Below are positions 29,850-37,876 of a stretch of DNA of 64,000 nt, piece by piece. How positions within the stretch are numbered: position 1 is the first letter of the stretch; each line of letters opens with the position of its first letter. Both the position numbers and the translations under genes were made by a program. Below the pieces are notes generated by a model. That model made no database searches and was not told where the DNA came from. It was given only the letters and a program-made list of their open reading frames with translations. The stretch comes from Marispirochaeta sp. Lineage in GTDB: Bacteria > Spirochaetota > Spirochaetia > JC444 > Marispirochaetaceae. The stretch covers positions 544,001 to 608,000 of the forward strand of contig CAXXFF010000003.1 of NCBI GenBank assembly GCA_963676835.2, given 5' to 3'.

Positions 29850-30530
29850 TCACACCTCTTTTACAGTTTTTTTACGGGATAAAAGCAAAGAAAGATAATA
29901 AGCCCCGCTGGCAAAGAGCATCAGCATGGCGACGTATTCAGAGAAAAAGGCTACCGGAGACTGCTCAAAATCAAAGTACACAAACATTGTCCGCATAAAA
30001 AGGTAGGAGACAATCTGATGTTTGATAAAGGCATAAACGCCGAAGAGTGATACGCCCGCTGCAAAGATCCGACCCGTTATCGTAAACCAGAAGGAAAACA
30101 GCTTTGTCTTCTTTTTAGTTACTGATTTTATAACCCTGCTCCAGTGAAGACCGAGATGCAGGCTGGATAAAATAAACAGCCAGTATGCACTTACCATATG
30201 CACTGTTCTGGCGGTTCCCATGCCGCTCTCTATTCCAAGAAAGCGAAAAACATGGTTTGAGAGGATAATACCGCTGCTTATCTGTGCAACAACCGCAGCA
30301 AGGAGCAGAAAATTAATGCCTGTATTAGTGATTCGCTTAACTGGACATCTCCCTTTCAACAGGGACGAATACCAATTCCTGTTCAACAGATTATGCAGAA
30401 TCCAGAGGCCAATCATTACCGTCCCGATTATCTCGTGAGCAATATCGCCGGTAACCATATAGCCCATCAAAAGGATCAGGGCTATAGTCATGGCAATATC
30501 AACAGGGATTCTTAAACGTGCAGGTTTCAT
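29850..30530 (-). CDS. DUF4405 membrane protein (cytochrome b-like His pattern)
   Basis: HE.IG, LHNLLN..W, SGI.LS, H...AYW, LHLGLHW. Confidence 0.8.
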   Translation of the reverse strand: MKPARLRIPVDIAMTIALILLMGYMVTGDIAHEIIGTVMIGLWILHNLLNRNWYSSLLKGRCPVKRITNTGINFLLLAAVVAQISSGIILSNHVFRFLGIESGMGTARTVHMVSAYWLFILSSLHLGLHWSRVIKSVTKKKTKLFSFWFTITGRIFAAGVSLFGVYAFIKHQIVSYLFMRTMFVYFDFEQSPVAFFSEYVAMLMLFASGAYYLSLLLSRKKTVKEV

Positions 30531-31012
30531 GAAAGACCAAGTTTTTGAAGGCAGGATGCGATCCTCTCGGCTACACCACCACCTCCGCTGCCAGTCAGAA
30601 TCAAAGGCTCCAGAACAGTGGAATCGGGACAGGATTTTTCAATATCCTTCACATAATGCCCGGCTCCGCCACCTCCGTGAGAAAAAAACGGCACAATATT
30701 CTTCCCGGAAAGATCTACCGTTGAAAGAAATGCGGAAACAGGTGGCGCCATGGTACTCCACCAGTTGGGCGATCCAATAAAAACGGTGTCACAGGATTCC
30801 GGAATGTCAGGGATTGCGGTCAGCTCCGGGATTACACCGGCACGAATCTCCTTCCTGGCCTGTGTGGTACAGGCACTGTAGTTTTCCGGATATGGGTTTA
30901 CGGGGATCAGTTCAAACAGAGATCCACCGGTCTGTTTTCCAATTGTTTCAGCGATCTTCCGGGTGTTGCCGGACCAGGAATAATAAACTACCAATATATT
31001 TTCGCTCATCAT
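30527..31012 (-). CDS. Flavodoxin (cytoplasmic)
   Basis: VYYSWSGNT, IGSPNWW, PFFSHGGGG; no leader peptide. Confidence 0.9.
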   Translation of the reverse strand: MMSENILVVYYSWSGNTRKIAETIGKQTGGSLFELIPVNPYPENYSACTTQARKEIRAGVIPELTAIPDIPESCDTVFIGSPNWWSTMAPPVSAFLSTVDLSGKNIVPFFSHGGGGAGHYVKDIEKSCPDSTVLEPLILTGSGGGGVAERIASCLQKLGLS

Positions 31013-31050
31013 TTATCTCCTTGCCTTCTGTAAGCTTGCCTGAGTTTCCA

Positions 31051-31437
31051 TCAAGTCTGAGGATCCGCTATGGAGCGCTCCACTCCGACCATAATTTTTT
31101 CATAATTATCAATCTTGTAGTTGAGTCTATTTAGAGTATCCTGAAGCTCACGGACACGGTCAGCAAGCAGGTCTCTCTGTTCGGTAAGCAGATTCTTGCG
31201 GGTTTCAATGGTATCATCGCCTTCCTGAAAGAGACCCACGTATTCAATAAGGACTTCAATGGTAAGGCCCGCGTTCCGCATACAGGTTATAAATTCAACC
31301 CAGCGTTCATCCTCTTCTGAGTAGTCCCTGTTTCCTCCCCGGCTGCGTGTAACAGGCGGGAGCAGTCCTATCCTCTCGTAATACCTGAGGGTATCGGGAG
31401 TTATTTTATATTTCTGGGCAATCTCGGATATCTGCAT
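31051..31437 (-). CDS. MerR family regulator (AdhR-like)
   Basis: TLRYYERIGL, G.RDY, WVEFITCMRNAG with the single conserved Cys. Confidence 0.9.
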   Translation of the reverse strand: MQISEIAQKYKITPDTLRYYERIGLLPPVTRSRGGNRDYSEEDERWVEFITCMRNAGLTIEVLIEYVGLFQEGDDTIETRKNLLTEQRDLLADRVRELQDTLNRLNYKIDNYEKIMVGVERSIADPQT

Positions 31438-31456
31438 ACACTTACCTCGTAGTTAC

Positions 31457-31487
31457 AAGGTAACACCTGGAGTTAACTCCAGGTCAA
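31457..31487 (-). promoter_or_regulatory. MerR-type promoter (TTGACC-N19-TACCTT) with perfect palindrome CCTGGAGTTAACTCCAGG
   Basis: Minus strand reads ttgacc tggagttaactccaggtgt tacctt, directly upstream of the merR gene. Confidence 0.88.
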
Positions 31488-31545
31488 TAGGCAAATATTA
31501 TTATAAAAATGGATAATACAATTAGGTTTTTATACAATTCAGAAT

Positions 31546-32667
31546 GTGAGCATTAAAATCTACGGTGAACTTTTTGCCTCTGAATCCCTCCGGGGAGAAC
31601 GGATTCACTGGAAAATAAACTGGATTATCTACCCTGCACTTCTCTTGTTGAGTATTCTCACCTGGTCTTTACAGAATAACAGAGTTGCCGGGATTGTCGG
31701 AATATCCCTTTCTCTTGCAAATATTCTTTACAACACTTTTCTCGGCTATTTTATCTACCGGAAAAAGTCCGTACAGTATCTGAGTTATATCACCATCAGC
31801 CTTAACATACTCTCTGTAGCCGTTTATAACTACTTCGATGCCCTGAGCAATGGTCCAGCCTTAACTGCTACATCTGCAGCTATACTTATATATCCGCTGA
31901 TAATGTTCCTGGCGTCTTTACGTATGGACGGCATCCTGGTTGCCTATTCAACCATCCTCTGCACCGCAGTAATGAATCTGCTCTACTTCCATTTCAATGG
32001 ATTCTTCAGCCTGGACAGGACAAAGTCGTTAATTTCCGCCGACTGGATAAGTCAGGGTTACCGTACCATCTACCTGCTTGCTCTGGGGTATATGATTTAC
32101 GCTGTCCCCAAAACAATGCGCCGGGTACTGATAAAACAGGCGGTTCTTATAAAAGAAAAAACTATCCATAAAAAGAAGGCCGAAAAGGATCCCCTTACTT
32201 CACTCTACAACCGTTATTATCTCGAGGCCTATTTCGAACAATGCAAAGTTCTACAGAAAACAAAGGGAACCCGCTACGGCCTTCTGTATATAGATCTTAA
32301 CGATTTCAAGCAGATCAACGATACCCATGGACATGATTTCGGAGACTTCATACTCATTTCTGTGGGCACATCACTTAAAAGCGTTGTCCGGGATGAAGAT
32401 GTTGTGGCGCGTATTGGCGGAGATGAAATTATTGTACTTGTAAGTTTAAGTTCCGGCCAGTCAGGTGTAGAAGAACTGGCCGAACGGGTGTATGCAGCGA
32501 TCAATCAGCCGCGTACCTTAAACGACAAAACCATAACAGTGAAAGCCAGCATTGGTGTATCAATTTTTCCCGACCAGGCAGACTCACTGGATACTCTGCT
32601 TAAAAAGGCTGACCAGGCTATGTATTCAATAAAAAAACTGAAAAATCACGGTATTGCTTACGCATAG
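31546..32667 (+). CDS. Membrane diguanylate cyclase
   Basis: TM N-terminus; DPLT.LYNR, IDL.DFKQIND..GH, RxxD I-site (RDED), ARIGGDEI. Confidence 0.9.
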   Translation: MSIKIYGELFASESLRGERIHWKINWIIYPALLLLSILTWSLQNNRVAGIVGISLSLANILYNTFLGYFIYRKKSVQYLSYITISLNILSVAVYNYFDALSNGPALTATSAAILIYPLIMFLASLRMDGILVAYSTILCTAVMNLLYFHFNGFFSLDRTKSLISADWISQGYRTIYLLALGYMIYAVPKTMRRVLIKQAVLIKEKTIHKKKAEKDPLTSLYNRYYLEAYFEQCKVLQKTKGTRYGLLYIDLNDFKQINDTHGHDFGDFILISVGTSLKSVVRDEDVVARIGGDEIIVLVSLSSGQSGVEELAERVYAAINQPRTLNDKTITVKASIGVSIFPDQADSLDTLLKKADQAMYSIKKLKNHGIAYA

Positions 32668-33111
32668 GACACGTAAACTCCACTTAGCAAATAACACACT
32701 TCAGTTTTAGTAGCCTTCCAAGACCAGAATACCCATTTACAAACAATTAGAATCAAAATCACTGGCATAACACATTAAAAATATCCTTCATTTTTGTATT
32801 TTCCACTGCACATTGAGATATTAGGTAAATTGTAAACCATTAGATCTGCCCATTTTTTAAAATAGTTCTTATGAAGAAATTGTAATGCTTAAAAAATACC
32901 TGCTTTTTTGACTCTTGTGTTTTCGTTGCTGTTTAGCAGTTCAATCCTTATTCCTGTAGTAGGCTCGATGAAAACTGCAGCCGGCCCAGATACTCCAATA
33001 CTGAATGGTTTTTCCGAGGATTACCCTGCTTTAGACCGGACAACGGAAAAGGAATAATTAGAATCTTCAGGGAATATCGTTGCACTTACTTTTTAAATCT
33101 GCGATACGAAA

Positions 33112-33133
33112 GGCGGTCTGCAGGCAGACCGCC
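33112..33133. terminator. Stem-loop downstream of the OmpA/FlgD gene
   Basis: GGCGGTCTGC-ag-GCAGACCGCC. Confidence 0.65.
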
Positions 33134-33151
33134 CCGGTATTAATTTTCTGC

Positions 33152-35593
33152 TTATTTTACCAGAATAAATTCAACCCGTCTGTTTTTCCAGCGGTTGATT
33201 TCATCACTGTGCGGTACAACAGGCTGGTACCCGCCGTATCCCACTGCACTCATTCGCTCCTGTTTTATGCCCCTTCCAACCAGAGCATCAAGAATACGTT
33301 CCGCCCTCTCCTGGGACAGAGGCAGTAGTACTTCATCTTCTTCGGTCTTCCATTTTTTTGCATCATTCCAGTAAACTCGAACTGCATGGCCTTCAAGACG
33401 AATTTTGTACACCGAATATTTTTTCAATATTTCCGCCAACCGGTCCAGAGTTGCCAGATTCCGGTTTTTCAAGTCCTGGTCAATGTTAATATAATCTGCA
33501 GTAAAGGGTTTGAAATAAATGCTGGAAATACTTATTCTCAACCGCTCTCCGTCTTTGAATACAAGAATATCAACCGGAGCTGTTTTCGATACTACAGACT
33601 GGTTTCCAACTGAGTCGACAGCGCTGACTTCCACCAGATAATCTGAAGCCGACTGTACCAATTCACCTTTTTTATCCCTGCCATCCCATTCGAGAATACC
33701 ATTCTTCAGACTCTTACTGTCAAATGCAAGAAACAGATTTCCTGCAGGATCAAGTATTCTTCCGCTCCAGGACCGGATACCCGAAGGATCATTCAGTATA
33801 ATACCGATATTAAGCCGGTCATTCACCCCGTCCCCATCCGGCGAAAAGGGCAACGGTGATACTGATATTTTGACTTCCGGAGGAGAATTATCAATCTTGA
33901 AATATGTTTCTGTTTCAGAAAAACCAAGGTTGCCTTTCTCGTATTCCGTTTGGAGGACAGCTGAATACTCCCCTTCCTTTACGACACCATCAAAATTACG
34001 TCCATTCCAATATAGAGTCCCAGGCACCTCTGCGGTATTAGGATTGCTGAACATATAGACATCCTGCCCAATGTTATCACGGATATAAACTTCCCAGCCA
34101 ACAATCCCTTCGGTTACTTCCGGCTTCAGATTAAAGGCTATAAAATCATTATCACCATCCATATTCGGACTGAACACAGACTGTATAGGGCTAATATGTA
34201 CCGGTGTTTGAGATGTATCTACCCGTACTCCAGCAGACTGAAATGATGCAGAATTACCTGCTATATCCGTCGACTCTACTCTGTATACATATATTCCATC
34301 AGCAACAGTATTGCCAAGTTGATCTCTTCCATCCCAGACAACCGGAAGCACCCGCTCCTGCCATTGCCATGTTCTTAATACTCCTGAACCAGAAAGAATA
34401 GATCCAGTCCAAGATAATTCGGAGCTGCTTGACTGATAAATAGTAGTTTCATCTTTTCGACCATCTCCATCGGGAGAAAACAGATTATAGCCTGCTTTTA
34501 TCACCGCAAAGGGGGGTGTAACATCCAGAGTGATTCTTCCGGAAACAGCTTTCTGTCTGTCCCCATTTTTATACAGTACGTCCAGTATAGCGAAATAGAA
34601 ACCTTCCGGAAAAACTTCATCATTTTGTCTACCGGTAAAAACATAGGTATCAGTACCAACAGAAGAAGTATTCGCAACGATCCTGCCATTAGAATTAATT
34701 ACAGTAAAATCCAAAGACTCAATTTGGTCTTTCTCTGTTGTTTCAATTCCAATACGAACAAAATCCTTTATTCCGTCACCGTTTGGACTGAACTCAGGGG
34801 TATCCAGAAATGTAATACGAACAGGGAATGTCCGGTTGTCAATCTGAATACCTTCCACTTTGCTACGGAACGAATTGCCGGCTTCGTCTGTAGATTCCAG
34901 AATGTAAGAGTAGGTTCCATTTTGTAATAACGCACCTTCATTATCGCGTCCATCCCAGGTAAAAGAACCTGCTGCCAACCCATTCCATGAATACGATCGT
35001 ATAATTTCATCTTCTTTCTTAATAATACCGGTCCACAATGACTCAGAAGAAGTTTTTCGCTGGAATACTTCAAGAACATCCTGACTGTCATCCATATTTG
35101 GGGAAAAGGTGGAATATGGAATTGAGATTTCTGCAGATGGCGCGGTGTTATCTACAATTATCGACAGCGGACCATATTCCCCCATGTTGCCCCTATAGTC
35201 CCTAACATCTGCATAGAGCTGATAAGAGCCGTCCGGAGCCCATGAGCCATCCGCCATACGTCCATCCCATGTAAGATCATCAGGAATAATTACAGCTTTC
35301 TTCCGGGAGAACAATCCTTTCTTTTCTTCTTTTCCCTCTGCCAGAAAAACTGTTTCCTTATTCTCTGATACAATCCGGACCATATATTCCTGCAGTTTTA
35401 ATCCCTTTATCTGGGGAACATACAAGGTCAGCGACAAAGCATCCTTAATCCCATCTTGATTTTCAGGAGAGATATAGATTGTATCGATCTTCAGTTCAGC
35501 AGGAATTTCACCTTTGAATGAAACACAACCGGGTATAAGCGACAATACTGCTATCAAAAGGATCAAGAAAGCCAGAATCTTGATTTTTTTCAT
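33152..35593 (-). CDS. Lipoprotein with FlgD-Ig/FSPNGDG repeats and C-terminal OmpA-like domain
   Basis: Lipobox IPGC; six (F/I)SPxxDGxxD-like repeats, each followed by W(D/N/T)GR; LEGH...LSQERA...NRRVEF. Confidence 0.88.
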   Translation of the reverse strand: MKKIKILAFLILLIAVLSLIPGCVSFKGEIPAELKIDTIYISPENQDGIKDALSLTLYVPQIKGLKLQEYMVRIVSENKETVFLAEGKEEKKGLFSRKKAVIIPDDLTWDGRMADGSWAPDGSYQLYADVRDYRGNMGEYGPLSIIVDNTAPSAEISIPYSTFSPNMDDSQDVLEVFQRKTSSESLWTGIIKKEDEIIRSYSWNGLAAGSFTWDGRDNEGALLQNGTYSYILESTDEAGNSFRSKVEGIQIDNRTFPVRITFLDTPEFSPNGDGIKDFVRIGIETTEKDQIESLDFTVINSNGRIVANTSSVGTDTYVFTGRQNDEVFPEGFYFAILDVLYKNGDRQKAVSGRITLDVTPPFAVIKAGYNLFSPDGDGRKDETTIYQSSSSELSWTGSILSGSGVLRTWQWQERVLPVVWDGRDQLGNTVADGIYVYRVESTDIAGNSASFQSAGVRVDTSQTPVHISPIQSVFSPNMDGDNDFIAFNLKPEVTEGIVGWEVYIRDNIGQDVYMFSNPNTAEVPGTLYWNGRNFDGVVKEGEYSAVLQTEYEKGNLGFSETETYFKIDNSPPEVKISVSPLPFSPDGDGVNDRLNIGIILNDPSGIRSWSGRILDPAGNLFLAFDSKSLKNGILEWDGRDKKGELVQSASDYLVEVSAVDSVGNQSVVSKTAPVDILVFKDGERLRISISSIYFKPFTADYINIDQDLKNRNLATLDRLAEILKKYSVYKIRLEGHAVRVYWNDAKKWKTEEDEVLLPLSQERAERILDALVGRGIKQERMSAVGYGGYQPVVPHSDEINRWKNRRVEFILVK

Positions 35594-35743
35594 TATTTGT
35601 ATTCCCTCCAACACAAAGAACAAGACAATACGTGATAAGACAAATATGCAGTGCCTCTGATTGAATGTAAAGAATATTTTACAATTGATAGAGGAAATTA
35701 TAAATTATAGTGAAAAATTTTTTGGATCAATTTTAACAGGTTG

Positions 35744-36004
35744 TCAGCTGTTCTGAAGTATCTCCATCTTTTCGACATATTCATCACGATCAATCTCTCC
35801 GTTCACAAAACGGCGCTTTAGAACAGATTCTGCAGATTCATAAGACGATGAACCTGTCTCCTGATGATGGTGATTTTTCCTAAACAGCAGATAAATAACC
35901 GCAGCAATAAGTAATAATCCGATAAACATGCCTGTATATCCTCCTAACCAGAAATGATCCCAACCAGTCAGCTGAGTGCCGAAATGACTGAAACTTGTGT
36001 GCAT
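35744..36004 (-). CDS. SHOCT domain membrane protein
   Basis: Single TM helix then A..VLKRRF.NGEID..EY. Confidence 0.8.
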   Translation of the reverse strand: MHTSFSHFGTQLTGWDHFWLGGYTGMFIGLLLIAAVIYLLFRKNHHHQETGSSSYESAESVLKRRFVNGEIDRDEYVEKMEILQNS

Positions 36005-36068
36005 TTTTCTTCTCCTGAAAAATAATATGAGGTTATATTACTTAAATAGTATGAATAAAATGTGAAGA

Positions 36069-37028
36069 TCAGCTGTTTTTTAAATGTTTATCCTGCCGTC
36101 TATCCAGCGACATGCTGTACAATCCGCAGGCAAGAATAATTCCGGAGCCGGCAACAGTACCAAAAGAAGGGATCTCACTCCACAAAAGAAAACCCCATAA
36201 GGCACTCACGGGAAGGGAAAAATACTCCAGACCAGCCAGCTTTGACGCTTCGGCCAGACTGTAGGCCCTGGCCATGGAATAGGACCAGGCAGCCCAGATT
36301 ACTCCCAATCCGCACATAATCGCCCCATCCTGAAAATCGGGAAACGCCCAGGGTCGAAACAGAAAGGCAATGCTAATATTTGCCTCGGGCATACTCCCGG
36401 CAATAAGCGTAATGGGCACCACAATCAGTGATCCTAACAGGTAAACCAGAGAACTGAAGAATGCCGTGGACGCGCTGCTCTCTGTTCCCCGCATTTTTCT
36501 TGTAGTAATAATGGTAAGAGCATAAAAAAGAATATGCAGCAGGATAAAAACAGACCCTGAATTATAGTTCCCCGATCCCGGCTGAATAACAATAAGGACA
36601 CCTATAAGCCCTACAAGCAGGGCTATCCAGCGGCGGAAAGAGACCTTTTCTTTCAGAAGCAGAACAGACAAGGCGGTAATAACCAGAGGTCCCAGAAATC
36701 TGATTGATTCTGTCTGGGCAAGAGGCAGGGCCACCAGGCCCATCATAAAGGTGGTATAGGAAAAAAAGAGGAAAACACCCCGCAGCAGCTGCATCCCGGG
36801 AACTTGCGTTTTCGGCAATCCCCGCTTGCCTTCGGCACGGTATAAAAGCAGGGCCAGCGGGACAGTTGTAATGCTGCGGAGCACCACTACTTCCAGCACA
36901 GGATAGTCTCCCCCGAGCCATTTTATGCCCACATTCTGGGCGGACACAATAAGGATGGAGAAAAACAGAAAACCAACCCCTTTTGCAGTCGAATCTCCCC
37001 TGTTTTCTGTCTGTGCTGTACTCTTCAT
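36069..37028 (-). CDS. DMT/EamA family transporter
   Basis: Ten TM helices, LPLA, LLLKEKV...RW, IQPG, W.EIP. Confidence 0.9.
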   Translation of the reverse strand: MKSTAQTENRGDSTAKGVGFLFFSILIVSAQNVGIKWLGGDYPVLEVVVLRSITTVPLALLLYRAEGKRGLPKTQVPGMQLLRGVFLFFSYTTFMMGLVALPLAQTESIRFLGPLVITALSVLLLKEKVSFRRWIALLVGLIGVLIVIQPGSGNYNSGSVFILLHILFYALTIITTRKMRGTESSASTAFFSSLVYLLGSLIVVPITLIAGSMPEANISIAFLFRPWAFPDFQDGAIMCGLGVIWAAWSYSMARAYSLAEASKLAGLEYFSLPVSALWGFLLWSEIPSFGTVAGSGIILACGLYSMSLDRRQDKHLKNS

Positions 37029-37152
37029 TTCTCTTTACTAATCACCTTTCTTAATTTTCTTCCCTGTTTTTCACAATATACCAAACGGCATATTCCCTTT
37101 TTAAGAATTATTATTATATTAAGGGTAAATCATTTCATTACGGGAATACACA

Positions 37153-37815
37153 ATGAAAAAAACCTTATTGTTTATTTTACTGATTTCCAGCGTATCACTC
37201 TACTCCCTGGATACCTATCATGAAATTACCGCCGGCTATTATGGTGACCTTGGCGCAACCATGGCTCTGCGTTTCGAGAATCCCGTGGCAGATTTTCCAT
37301 TTTTTCTCCAGGCCCGGGGAGGCTATATCTATCAGTTTGATTCCGGGAATGCCACTGAAGCGCGGCATATTTTTATTAATGACAACACCGGGGGCAATAT
37401 TGAAAAATACGGCGAATCCTATCTGGTGGCAGTAGACCTCGGATGGAAATGGAAGGATATGGACAGCTTTACGATAGAGTTTATCCTTTCAGGCCTCTGG
37501 AATCACTATATGGCCCATTATGCATTCATAGGAAACAATGAAGCGTTTACTGTAACATCTTCGCCTTTCGGAATCGGCACCGGCGCCAATATCCGTGTGC
37601 CCATGGGGAACACCGGCAGTTTCTTTCTGCTTAAAGGAGGCGTGGAATACTTTTTCAAGGCCCGGCTTGATGCTCACGGCACCTATTTCTACACCCCCGA
37701 CGGGGAGGATGACCGGCCCCGCAACAGCTACACCTATGAAGACGCAGATGCTGCGGTAAATCAGCCGGAGTTTAGAGGATCCTTACAAATTGGTTTTTTA
37801 TACCCCATCGGGTAA
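37153..37815 (+). CDS. Exported protein, possible outer-membrane beta-barrel
   Basis: Signal peptide; alternating aromatic beta-strand pattern; C-terminal QIGFLYP. Confidence 0.55.
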   Translation: MKKTLLFILLISSVSLYSLDTYHEITAGYYGDLGATMALRFENPVADFPFFLQARGGYIYQFDSGNATEARHIFINDNTGGNIEKYGESYLVAVDLGWKWKDMDSFTIEFILSGLWNHYMAHYAFIGNNEAFTVTSSPFGIGTGANIRVPMGNTGSFFLLKGGVEYFFKARLDAHGTYFYTPDGEDDRPRNSYTYEDADAAVNQPEFRGSLQIGFLYPIG

Positions 37816-37876
37816 CAACCAAAAACAGACGATTATTCTTGTGTTCGGACTACCCCTTGGCTTATGCTATTAGTAA

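Noticed and set aside
32668..33110. Long AT-rich intergenic region with a broken signal-peptide-like reading (about 32885-33057)
   Set aside because: No intact ORF, recognisable RNA structure or repeat; may be a gene remnant but cannot be supported
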